Shown in pieces: positions 11,850-23,738 of a stretch of DNA of 64,000 bases. The translations under genes were made by a program, and so were the position numbers. The stretch comes from Perkinsus olseni (taxonomy: Eukaryota), in NCBI GenBank assembly GCA_013115125.1, contig JABANN010000108.1:1-64000 (forward strand), given 5' to 3'. The notes under the pieces were generated by a model. It saw only the letters and a program-made list of their open reading frames with translations. It searched no databases and was not told where the DNA came from. Each line of letters starts with the position of its first letter. Within the stretch, counting starts at the first letter, position 1.

Positions 11850-14691
11850 TCATCCACGGGGAAGGATGATACGTGGAAGCCCAGCAGATCTACCCGGGGA
11901 CTGGACTGGTGGGACCTCGAGGAAGGCTTTGCATACACATGCAACAACACCATGGTACCACAACTTTTCGGAGAGCGTAGAGACTGTGCGCACCTTCTGC
12001 TGCAGACGCTGCAATCTTCTCCTCAAAGGGCTTACACTGGCCGTGCTGTTCTGCCTGAACGTATCTGGGCATCCGATAGGCCGAAAAGTTGGCTGGTGGA
12101 CGTCCCCACCACAAGACGCTGTGGACGCCCTCTTCTCCCTGACCTGACAGTGCCACTGACGGCGTTCAGCTGTGATGATGGCTCACTTCATTCGTTACCG
12201 CACCGCTCCTCAAGATGCGGCGCTTCACACGTGGGGCCTACCATCCTGAGGGTCACCATAAAGCGACCGAAGCCCATGGCACCTCCTCGCCTCTTTGTGC
12301 TGCCATGTTCTCGGGTACCTGCATCCTGCGTTCCGCGCCATCCCGAACATATAAACCCCGAAACCGGGGGGAGCTACATTAGTCCAATTCTCTTCGTCTT
12401 TATGCAAGCGCTCAAGTTGAGCCTCAATTTGTTCCTGTGATATTGGCAGTGAACGCAGTAGCTGCCAGAGGGATAAGCTCAAAATGGCGAGCAGCAAGGA
12501 GGCGTACGGTCGAGTCTGGCTTTAACGCCAAGGCTTCCAACACTGAGCGTGCTCGCCCCTGAGATCGGACTTGCCAAGTTTTCCCAACACGCACCGCCTA
12601 CAAAATTGACTTAACATGCTGGATGCGGCGGCTGTAGAGGATACCATATTGTTGGCACAGTCCTGCCACTGCAGCAGTTCAACATCGACATCCACCTCGT
12701 CGTCGTGTTGGGACTCTTGCAGGCGAGGAAAGACTCCGACGACCTGCGGGAGTGGACAGGTCATATACTACTGGCTGCAAGGTCAGTGGAGGGTGAGGAG
12801 TTTCGTTCCTACTTGGGCTAAACGAGCCACACCTCGTGCGAGGTTACAGACGATGCCCTCTAGATCAGATATCTGCTTTGCCACGCCCTGCAATTCACTA
12901 GCCAATAGCATCGCGGAGTTTGTCGCCGGCGGTTCCGAAAGAGCAGCTGCCCAGTTAGACTCGGCGCTGTGCAGTCTATCGCCTAGATGAAGCTGACCTG
13001 ATTGAATCAACAATAAAGTATAACGTTACCATATTACGCGAAGAAAATCATTGATAGTTAACCGCTCAGCAATACCCACACCCTGTCCTCGTAAAGGATG
13101 GATCATCGAGGCCGAGTACATGACTGTACTGACTAAACCTCCATTAGGGTGGGGTATACAACTCCTCATCACGGTTTAGGGTTTTGTCAAGAGTACTCTT
13201 GTGAACGAAAGGAAATCACTACATAAGTGATCCTGTTCGAGTACAGTCGACAAGCCCCTAAGGCCGGGAGACGCCTGGATGCAGACGCGATGTGACGGAC
13301 GAGTGGTATGAGAGCGTGACAGTTGCACACAAATTTTAGCACGCACGCACAAATTGCGATGTTCGGAGATTCACTGTCCAACACTTTGTCGAAACCGCAT
13401 TAACATCACCTTTAGAGTTCTTGTCTCCCCTCCCTCCACCGACAGGTCGGCCTACTTCACACGTTTCTTCTGAGGACCACTAATGGCTCGTTGATGGGCA
13501 GATCGGAGTGTACCGAGTGTCTCCTCCCTTCCCGTTGGCTCACCGTCAGCTATCTGCTCCTCAGAATCTGCTGTGGAGTTGAAGATCCCGGCAGCAGCTC
13601 ATCCCCAGCCAATACCTACTTCCCTCATCTAATTTATCTTCAACGCCTCCAACCGATCGATGGCCAGTTTCAGCTCGGCTCGATCCTCGATCTGGCGAGG
13701 GGCATCACTAGGATGTGACGTAGGACTCCAGGATCCACCCTGCCTACGTATCCTATTGGGTGAGTGGCCCACTAGATGTCGGCATTCCTCAATCCCTGCG
13801 TGTAGCTGTGCGATATCCCTCTTATTCTGATATAATGAATACTGCCGTATCGAGCCGGTCAGCCTCACCTCCTCAATAGCGTTTGCCAGGTCCTCCATAC
13901 AGAGCTCACTTCTCACCCTGAACTCGCTAAACTCTTCCCTCATCGATGATAGTCTCTCCTGAGATGATCAATCATCATCACCCGCCAGGAAGCCTAGAGG
14001 AAACCTTCTCTCCACTGGCGGTCTCGTCTGCGATATTCCCTCCACTGCCCGCCGCAGCAGGAGTAGGAGCCTGCGTATGAGCGCAAGATGCGGAGGCATT
14101 CACCACCCCAGAAAGGGCCTCATACCAACTGATAGTCGTGAGATCCGAGCATCGCGCCTGCTACTGCCTCCTCAAGAATCGTAAGCCGCTCATGGAGGGC
14201 ATCATCGCTTATTGGGAAGGGCGTGGGTTCGATCCCCCGCGGATGCACTCCCAGGCCGTCATCTATCATTTCTTGATGTCGCGGCGTTAGGTTAGTCGAC
14301 ACATCTCTCTGAACTGCAGTATCAGCATACTCTTCAAAGTGAGCCTGGATGATCTGATGTTCATAAGGTGGTATACTCCCATTCACCTCCTCTAGCCTTT
14401 CCTCAGTACTATCCGCTGCCAGCCTCGGGGCGGCGGCGGTGGCAGTAGCAGGAGGTGCGCCGGGGAGGGACGCCAGCTGAGCCAGATCCTTGTACTATGG
14501 CTGTGGACGGGCTGCTACAAATCCACCTTCTCATCAGCCTCCCCAAGTAACGACCTTCCTTCATCACTCAATATCAGCCCACTCATCAGTTGCTGATGCA
14601 GAGCTAGGATACTCCTAACCAGCGGTATATCCTCACAACAGCAACAGCCGTCAGCCAGGCATGTAGGAGCAGCAGTAACGGCAGCAGCCAT
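11850..14691 (-). CDS. Hypothetical coiled-coil protein, multi-exon; probable host of U3 copy 2
   Basis: Phase-compatible exons '..GREETL|EETCEVGRPVGGGRGDKNSK|GDRLHSAESNW..LASELQGVAKQISDLEG'. Both ends uncertain. Confidence 0.45.
13060..13251 (-). ncRNA. U3: U3 snoRNA (copy 2)
   Basis: 192 nt, differing from copy 1 at only three positions seen by eye. Same boxes and terminal stem. Confidence 0.85.
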
Positions 14692-14789
14692 GACGATGAA
14701 GCACAATAACCTTCGACGACCAGTAGCAAGTACCAAATCTCCCCAGAATCAACCCACGGCAGTGGTGCCTGGCACTACCATTCAGAAGT

Positions 14790-15104
14790 CTATTTGGCAG
14801 ATAAGGTTGCCGTAGCATATGTGTGGCTCGAGGATTTCACGTTGGCGGGTCGTTGAGACATCAGCAAATTGGCGGTAGGGTCGTGATGGGGGGATACAAT
14901 TGGATGCGGATAAGGAAGTCTTTTTAGCGAATAAGGCCCTCTGTTTTTCTTAGTCATCACAGACACGTACAGGAACCTGTCCCCTGACGATAGGTCAGGA
15001 ATTGGATTCATACCATACCGCGAGAAACTCTTCTTAAATGATGTAACCGAGCCACCCTTGTCCACCACTTTTGACTGCTTTACTCCTTTTCCTGTTCTTC
15101 CCAT
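14790..15104 (-). CDS. Small basic hypothetical protein (MGRTGKGVKQSK...)
   Basis: ATG-initiated Lys-rich ORF, probably with short introns. No family recognised. Confidence 0.4.
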   Translation of the reverse strand: MGRTGKGVKQSKVVDKGGSVTSFKKSFSRYGMNPIPDLSSGDRFLYVSVMTKKNRGPYSLKRLPYPHPIVSPHHDPTANLLMSQRPANVKSSSHTYATATLSAK

Positions 15105-15318
15105 GTGATGGAAGGGATGAGGTACTCATTTTCTACAGTTCTCCGGCGATCAGCCTTATAGGTCGTCAAAGCCAACGGCACCCAACCCACAGCACATGAA
15201 TGTAATGAGTCCCTCCGATCAACGACCCTGCACCACTATCTTTGGTGACAAAAACAACACTCGTTTGATGAGATGGATACTACCAGATCAGGTTGAGAGA
15301 AAAATCAATGCCATTATC

Positions 15319-17035
15319 TATTCTGTCACCTTGAACTCTTGCTCATTCTTAGATTTCCTCAACGGCGAATTATCCTTTCAAACTACTACTAGTCTACGCA
15401 TTGCGCACCTCGTTCTGATCATCACCATCTTCGGAGCTTCCCTCCTCCGCCGTTGCTGCAGCGGCTGCCGCGGCCACTGCCTTCTCCTTTTCGATGTCCT
15501 GTAGCATCTCGGCAGCCTCCTTACACCTGACAACAACGTCTGTACAAGTAGATTTACACAGGAACTCAAGACAGGGACTACTGCAGAGTACTATCGCGTG
15601 GAAAAGACCAGGATCAACCTAAGATACCCAAATTTGCCGACAGGTTCATTTCCTAACGCAATAAGATCATCATGAACCCACGCCACGGTGTGCTACTGGT
15701 GACGCGACCTAGTAATTATAAAAGTACCATGATTGCGGTTATCTAGACCCAGCTCACCAAGAGGCGTTATCCCGAAGTATCTTTTCCTCCTCTTCAGCAG
15801 TAAACCCATCTTCACCAACGCCGAGCTCTTGGCGTAGTTCCTCGACCGTCTTGGACTTGATGGAAGAGGCCACCTGAGGATAGTAGCCTGTCTTTAAATA
15901 ACGCACGCAGCCAACGCTATGGCAGCTGATAAAAGTATGATAATAGGGACTAGTAGAGCGTAGTAAATATACCCTGAGGAAAGGTGGTGGTTGTATTACA
16001 TCGTACCACATCATCTCAACTTATGATTGTAAACTCAGTTTGTTGATTGCTGAGAAGGTAGTACTCCCCGCCATTACGAAGCGTTTGAGGCAAAGTCTCT
16101 GACTGTATCTTTTTATAATCTTGTACAAGTGTGGGAGGTAGAGTGACCGTTGATATATACAAAGCTGTACAATAGTAGTGTTAATCATCATCCTGAGTAT
16201 ACCCCCCAACCCTGTTATATACAAAGCTGTACAATAGTAGTGTTAATCATCATCCTGAGTATACCCCCCAACCCTGTTATATACAAAGCTGTGCAATAGT
16301 AGTGTNNNNNNNNNNNNNNNNNNNNNNNNNNNNNNNNNNNNNNNNNNNNNNNNNNNNNNNNNNNNNNNNNNNNNNNNNNNNNNNNNNNNNNNNNNNNNNN
16401 NNNNCAATAGTAGTGTTAATCATCATCCTGAGTATACCCCCCAACCCTGTTATATACAAAGCTGTGCAATAGTAGTGCTATTCCCTCATCGCTAATGATG
16501 TTATTACCGATGCACAGCACAGCTCCAACAGGGGTTTTATGTCCATGAAGTTAGCAGCTAGCATGACGTCGAATAACTCCTTCTGAAGAACAGCAAGAAG
16601 AAGGGCGTAGATGACTAACACCGGTATTGACGGCGGTACCTCAGGCAGTTCCAGGAATTTATCGTCCCATTCGGAAACGCCGTTATCCCTCAGACGACCA
16701 CCCATCTTCAATGGTTTGTTGATTACACCTGAGTAATGAGAGGTGAGTGAAGAGTTACGATTGGAGTGGTATTACTAACTGGATTATTAACATGATATTC
16801 ACACCATTGTACGACCTTGTTGAGTATCTTCGAGCTTACATTAGGCAAGGGTATTTCCTGAATACCATCTTTCTCCCAGCTTTACTGTCATTACTACTAC
16901 CTCATCATTGATGCTACCACTAGCATCATCGACCATATTCTTGACTAAGATACTGAAGCAGGCCGCCTTCAGTGGGATAGACACCACTATCCCGTCCGAG
17001 GTACGGACCTTAACTGCAGCAGCATCTTCGGACAT
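15319..17035 (-). CDS. SKP1: Skp1 (SCF ubiquitin ligase subunit) with acidic C-terminal extension
   Basis: 'VKVRTSDG..ILVKNMVDD..IPLPNV.SKILNKV..SEWDDKFL..LFDVMLAANFMDIKPLLELCCA..VASSIKSKTVEELRQELGV..FTAEEEEKILRDNASWCKE'. 3' end uncertain. Confidence 0.9.
16154..16477. repeat. 62-bp tandem repeat (minisatellite) in a Skp1 intron, interrupted by an assembly gap
   Basis: Unit TATATACAAAGCTGT(A/G)CAATAGTAGTGTTAATCATCATCCTGAGTATACCCCCCAACCCTGT starts at 16154, 16216 and 16278 and resumes after the N run. Confidence 0.95.
16306..16404. other. Assembly gap (99 N)
   Basis: Run of N. Confidence 1.
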
Positions 17036-17378
17036 GAGTAGAAGGAAAGGAGTTAATAAAGATATCTTAAGGGATGGTAATGTGCAAGATACTCAACGTG
17101 CCACGCGAGATGACCAGTCAAAAATCTTGGAAGCTTACGTTTACTTGCATTTCCTCAACGGCAAACATTCCTATCTCGCTATCGGGTGGGAGGGGATGTT
17201 GCATCATCCTGGGGCACACGATTCGACGTTTATATAAGGAAGGCGACGGAGGGATGATACTAGATACTTGTCAGGAGAGCTCAGCAGGATCAGTAGCAGC
17301 AACGGCAGTAGAATTGGGCATTTTACGGTATGGGTGTTGTACATGCGTACATGTTCGTTGCAAGTTCCATTTTCCATC

Positions 17379-20300
17379 ATGGCCACTCAGACCTCACCAA
17401 CGAGTAAACTCAATCCCAACGCCTGTGAGTTTGTCCCTGGTAAGCGGTTACAGTCGTAGTTGTAGCATAAAATAGCGGTGCTCGTCAGGTTCCTTCGCAG
17501 CAGTGGCCGCGACTAATACCAATTTAACGTCAACAAGAACATCAGCAACTAGTACGACACAAGGCGATGAGAATCGATCATCCTCCTCTACACCCAAGCA
17601 ACAACAACGGCGGCCGTCCGAGTCAGCGCAATCAGGTTGGAGTATCGCATACCACTCCTTTCCCAAATCATATCCGTAAGGTTCTGCGGCCTCGCCATCG
17701 AATAAGCAGAGTGGTGATGGTCTTCTGCCCACCACTGGCGCCAAGGGCGGTTGGGAAAGTCAACAACAACAGGCCTACCCTATTGAGTAATACAGGAGTG
17801 TCGAATCGAAAGTGCTGAGCAAAGATTTCTACAGGTACCAATACGCCATGCCGGCTGCCAACTTCGCCAACTATCCTGGGTAAGACGCATCTTAGGTTGA
17901 AGCTGGCATTTCACAGTGTATTTAGATATTATCCTCAAGGAGCGTACTTAGTGAACTACATGACCCCTCAAGGCCCTGCTGTTGGCGTACAGGTAGTAAT
18001 AGCAACCCTCCCTTCTCCTACCCACCATAACACCCCCTCAGATGCCTACCGCTTACTACAACCCTCAGATGGGTGTCATGAATACAACAGCAGCTGGTGG
18101 CATGGGAATGATCTCTCCCAGCGGCAGCAGCAATCAGGTAGGGTTGGTCATTCCCATTGGACCTTGACTCGTATGTTTCAGGGTCCTCGGAAGAATCCTA
18201 ACATGCGGGGTGGCCCGAGGAACCCTCACAATGTTGGTAAGGGTGGTAAAGGCAAAGGCTTCGGCGGTAAAGGCAAAGGAGGGAAGGTAATCAACGATGA
18301 AGGCTGTCGTGCTTTGGAATGGTTTTGCGATGGTCCCAGGGTGCTAAGGGCGGAGCATCTTCGAACACATCCCCGGCCAACAGTCGCGGTACTGACACGC
18401 CAACGTCCACGGGAGGCCACAAGGGGGGCAGCGCTACTCCTGAGAAGAAAGAGGATGACAAGATTGATCTGTCGGGTCCCTCTTTGGCCGTGTCAGCTGC
18501 GATACTAGCGGCAGGCAAGAAGCTTGATAAGGAGGCTGTGAGGAAGGCGGACTAGGGTCTAGGGGCGCAAGGGTTTTTACGATTTTTCTATCAGTTGAAA
18601 CATTTAGAGGAAGAGGATGAGAGGAAGAAAGCTGAGAGAAAGAAGGAAGAGGAAGAGAAGGAGTCTGCTGGAGACAAGCCTAAAGTGGTTGTTGTAGTCC
18701 GAGGCCTTCACCGTGTAGGCTTTCTTCTCTAGCAGGTTTTGAACTGGGCGGCCAAGTTGAAGGCATCATCATCAGCAGTATCAACAGGCAGTCCTGCTCC
18801 TAAGGTAAGGCAAGGATTGTTATGTTGTCCTATCGTACCACTCCATCCAGGCATCGACGCCGAAGGTAGTGGTAGCCAAGACACCGACTGTAGTGGTTAC
18901 CGCGGCAACGGCACATCGCCAGCCACAGCAGCAGCACACGACAGCACCGGTGGCGGCTAAGACTACTGTGGTGAGTTGGACGAGGGTGAGGAGATGGTCC
19001 ACACTTCCTCCTCACAGGCCCCTCCTTCGCCTGTAAAACATGAGGAGAACTCGAAGGCAAAAGAAGAGGAGGTAGGGAGAGAAGGGAGAGGATAATGGCC
19101 AGCATCGTTGTTGCTCAGCCTGCTGCTGCTGCTACCACCAAGGGCCCGTCGTGGGCGGACAGAGCCAAGCAGGCCCACATCGCCCCTCCTACCGCCTCCC
19201 CTCTTGTTGTCACCACCAAATCCCCGCTAGTAACTGCCACTAAGCCCACTGCAGCGCCCACCGCTTCCCCCGCTGTATCACACACGGCGACTCCGAAGCG
19301 CTCCTTCGCCCCAGCTGCTGCTGCTGTACATACTCCTCGGACGGTGGTTGCAACCTCGCCATCCCTACCTAAGCCGACTGCCGTACCAGCTGCTGACCAT
19401 CAACCAGAGAAGCTGACGACGACGACGGCAGCATCGACCAGCCCTCCTGTGTCCCCACGCAGGCTGAAGGGCGCTTGGGCTGCTAGGGCTTCTCGGACGC
19501 CAGTCACCAAACCGGTAGGATGATGGCGAGTTGTGGTATGGCAAAGATTTTGAACGTTTCAGGCCGACATTGCTGCTGCTGCGGCCTCCTCGGAACAACC
19601 AGTGGTAATGGTTCGTTGAGTGATTGTCGTAATTGATCGGCGTGCTCTTCAGCGCGCGACTGCTTTAACGGCTGCCGCGGATTTGGCTAAGGCAAAGGCA
19701 GAAAAGGAAGAGGCCGAGAGGTTGAAGGCTAAGGAAGAGGCTGATAAGGCAGAGGCGTTGAGGAAAGCTAAGGAGGAGCAAGAACGCAAGGAAGAAGAGG
19801 CTCGCAAGAAGGAAGAGGAAGAGAAGCAGCGTGTATTAGAAGAGGAGAAGAAGGCCGAGGCCGAGGCAGCTGCCAAGAAGGCCGCGGAAGAGGCTGCCGC
19901 TGCCAAGAAGGCCGCTCAGGAGGAGGCCGCAAGAAAGGTTGCTGAGGAGGAGGCCGCCAGGAAGGCCGCTGAGGAGGAGGCCGCCAGGAAGGCCGCTGAG
20001 GAGGAGCGAATTGCCAAGGAGAAGAAAGAGAAGGAGGAGGCCGCTGCTGCTGCTGCTCTTAAGAAGGCTGAGGAGGAGGAGGCTGCCAAGGCTGAAGGTA
20101 GGTATTCGCCTATTAATGCGCTGATGGGTAGTGCTGGTCACATGTCAGCTGAGAAGGCCGCCGCTGCCGCTGCTGCTGCTCGGGAGTCTGAGGTACGACG
20201 AAGAGGGGAAGAGTTGGTATGGGAGAGTGGTATCTTACAGGAATCGGAGAAGACTGCTAGGGAGGAGAATGAAGAGGAGGAAGTGACAGCCTCCGAAGGG

Positions 20301-23300
20301 TATAGTCAGCAACAGCAGGAGGAAGAGGAGGAGGATGGTGGTTACACCCCTAGCCCGACTCCTAACTATGACGCCGTTCTTGACTACCAGTAAGGGCAGC
20401 CGCCTTCATCAGCATCAACTCAGCCGTTGTGGCCTTAGGCACTACACGCTGGACTTCCTCCGCTCCCTGAGGGACTTGCCGGAGTGTCAGGAGCTTCCGA
20501 AGGACCACAACATCCCTGCACAGATATTGAAGAACTCTAGGTGGGTAGTGTTGATGAGTATCTTAGGTCGATGCTTGCTCTTCACGGGTAGGCTTGGTCA
20601 CATGAGGAATCATAAGGGTGATGATGATGGCATGGACTGGCGTAAGGATGCGGAGAAGCACAGATCCATGAGACACAAGGACGGCCGTAAGGAAACTTGC
20701 CGAATGCATGCATCAACCTTGGATACGACTCAGGCCGCAAGGGTGGCAAATCTGGTCGTCATGGTGGCGATAGGCGCCCCGCTTCTGACCCGAACGAGTA
20801 CGTCGAACCACTTCAGCACTCTGAGAGCTCCTGGGCTACTCAACAGAAGCTCAAGTTGGAGGTAGTGCAAGAAGGTCAGGCTTGAGGGGGGATGGTGGGT
20901 GATGTCAGCAATCTGATGACGAGAAGGTCGAACGGCACATCATCGGCATCCTCAACAAGTTGACTGTCGAGAAGTTCGAGAAGCTTGTGGTAAGCAAAAT
21001 CAGAATCCTCATCATTAGTCGTACCGTACCATGCCGTTCTTCTCAGAACGAACTACAAAGTCCCGAGACCGGCATATGCAAAGAGAAGCACGTGAAGTCG
21101 CTGGTCGACAAGCTGTTCGAGAAGGCGACCACTCAGCATCACTTCATCCCAATGTACGCTGATGTCTGCCAAAGGACTGTACAATGGCTGAAGACGAGTA
21201 AGCCGGCGGAGGGGATCTTCGTGGGCGGCTAGGGCGTTGGGTTCAGGTGAAGAGCCTGTCCTGAAGGATGTGGAGCCCGGCAAGCCCCAGGTTATGGCCT
21301 TCAAGAACGTGCTGTTGAACACATGCCAGGTAGGGAGAGTTGCTGGGGGGGGAGATGATGGTGGATTTATTATTAGTCAAACTTCGAGTCCAACTTGAGG
21401 CCTCCGGTCGAGCTTATCGAGAGTGGCCTGGAGGGCGAGGAACTCCAGGAAGCCGAGATTAGGTAGTGGACGTCGTGGCCCTCTGAGTGTGTGCATACCA
21501 AATTTCCCCCAAGATACAAGACAAGGATGCTTGGTAACATCAAGCTTGTTGCACAGTTGTTGAAGCGGAAGCTCATCCATGCTAAGATTATTATTGTTTG
21601 TGTAAGGACCAGCAGCCTGCCCGTCCAGCCCCTCTTCCCTGATGGACGTCCCTATTCAGGTGAACCAGATGTGGGAGGTACCTCGGGAGGAGTGTATCGA
21701 AGCCCTCTGTGTTTTCCTGAGGGAGATCGCTCCCGTCTATGACGACCCGAAGTGGAGTCACTACCCTGAGTAAGTTGGCATACCGCCGCCATCATCATGT
21801 CCTTGGAGTCAGGTTCGCTCCCACTTTTGATAAGCTCAAGCGCGTCACTGCCGAGGGTTCCGGCTATTCGAGCAGGATCCGATTTATGTGTGAGGTGAGG
21901 TTGACTCCATATTCCATACCATATTTCCCCCAAATCCTCTACCGTCAGGATATCCTAGACTTGAGAGCTCATCGATGGGTCGACCCCAAGAAGGACAATG
22001 GCCCTCTCACTATCTCAGAGGTGCTCTTGCTATTTTGGTATCTTGCAACATCATGGCTTTTACAGGTGCACCGACGAGTGGAACTTGAGCGCGCTGAAAC
22101 TGAGTCTAAATTCACCCGTCAAAATTCTCGGGGTAAAAGTCCAGTCCATAATTTAATCACTGGTGGCCATGGTGTTGTTGTAGGCGGAGGACGCGGTGGT
22201 CTTACCCGCTCCCGTACTGGATTCGGTAGTAGCTCGAAGTTGGACAAGAAGGGTTCGGGCCTGCATCGTTCTGTATCGAGAGCCGGCAGCGTCCCCTTCG
22301 GCCTGTCCGCTACTACCAGTCGCCCTGGTAAGGGTTATGGGAGATTCTTGTAGTGGGAAGGAAATTGCATTTTCAGGGACACGCGGCTCGTTGCCTGCTG
22401 CTCCTACTCCCGCTCCTTGGGCTGCTAGAACTGCCTCTGCAGTACACGAGACTAGAAGCAGAAGTAGTGCTTTACTCGTTGTGGGCATTGCCCGGTTCTA
22501 TCCCATCCCCCTTTCAGGCGTTGAGAGGTCCTCCAGCCCTTCATCTGGCTCGATGAGCGCCTCCGAGTCCAAGCCTGCTCTTGCTGCCCCTACTCGTAAG
22601 TCCATTAGCCATCGTCATAATTGCAGCGATCATCATCACTCTCACTTAGATACTGAGGACCCTGCCAAGCAGGTCAAGAGCACCCTCGAGGAGCTCAGCG
22701 CCTCCCTTGACGTGAGAAGGCACCCTCTGCTGCTGTTGCTGGTCTAACCATTGTCATCGTTCAGGTTAATAACGCAGTACAGGAGTTGGCTGACATCTCG
22801 GCTACTCCCGAGCAGCAAACGAAGATCCTTATCGATCGTATTGGGGCTAGCTGCGACATCAAGAAGGAGCAAAGGCAGGCCCACTACGAGGTAGTCACGG
22901 CCTCACGACCCTCGAATCATCCTTACCTTATTGTCCTTCACAGGCATTAGGGAAGCTGTTCGGTTCCGAGAAGCGCGGCACTTGGGATGTCAGCGCACTC
23001 GAGAAGGCTCTCGATGAGTTCGCTGATCCTGAGTAGGTCGGGGCTGCTCCGTCCATAGCTGCGGAGGACTCGATCGATTCTGGGGGAGATATGAATCTCC
23101 CCCGAAGGGGGAAGTCCTGGTTACCACCGGCATGTTGCTGTTTGACTGGAGTTGGTAGTAATGCTTGTTATTAGGATCATCGAGGACATGAAGTTGGATA
23201 TCCCGAACATCGCCGATATCTTCGTTATGGAACTGGTGAAGACCTTACAAGATGCTAACGTCTTCAATGATGACAAGATGGCTACTTATGCCAACAGGCT

Positions 23301-23316
23301 CAACGTTAATGTTTAA
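17379..23316 (+). CDS. EIF4G: Translation initiation factor eIF4G-like (PAM2, eIF4E-binding motif, MIF4G, MA3-like)
   Basis: N-terminal 'SKLNPNACEFVPG', 'HYTLDFLRSL' (YxxxxL-phi), MIF4G 'IIGILNKLTVEKFEKL..LFEKATTQHHFIPMYADVC..FKNVLLNTCQ..RMLGNIKLVAQL..SSRIRFMCEDILDLRAHRW' and C-terminal 'QVKSTLEEL..NAVQEL..DMKLDIP'. Confidence 0.9.
19680..20100 (+). repeat. E/K/R/A-rich coding repeat in eIF4G (EEEAARKAA units)
   Basis: Repeated GAGGAGGAGGCCGCCAGGAAGGCCGCT encoding a charged helix. Confidence 0.8.
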
Positions 23317-23738
23317 ACTGTAATAATAATAATAATATTCGTCATACCACACTTCTCCTACATCGTACCAACTATCCAGGTACATTCTTCTACTATAGAA
23401 AAGAGGCGGAACCTGTCATGATGATGACCATCATCAACTACTAACACTGTTGGCAGATGTTACTACCACTGCTACTGCTGCTGCTGCTGCTGATGCTCTC
23501 ATTACGTAGTTGCCTGTTTATTAATAGAACGGTAGTAGTGGTAGGCTGATGATGTCACTGCGGATGTTGATAGCATCATCATTACTCTTCATCACAATCA
23601 CTATGTTGTTTCTATCTGACCCGTCCTATCTCCCGCTATACTAGTATTCTTGTGTTCTCTTCACAACGGGGCGGAGCGAAGCAATAATTGTTTGCAGTTT
23701 TTGTATCCCAGAAGTAGCAATCATCATTCGCGAGTAGT

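Noticed and set aside
16021-16459. ORFs 'MYITGLGGILRMMINTTI' repeated twice; possible CRISPR-like array
   Set aside because: These are translations of a head-to-tail 62-bp intronic repeat with no spacers.
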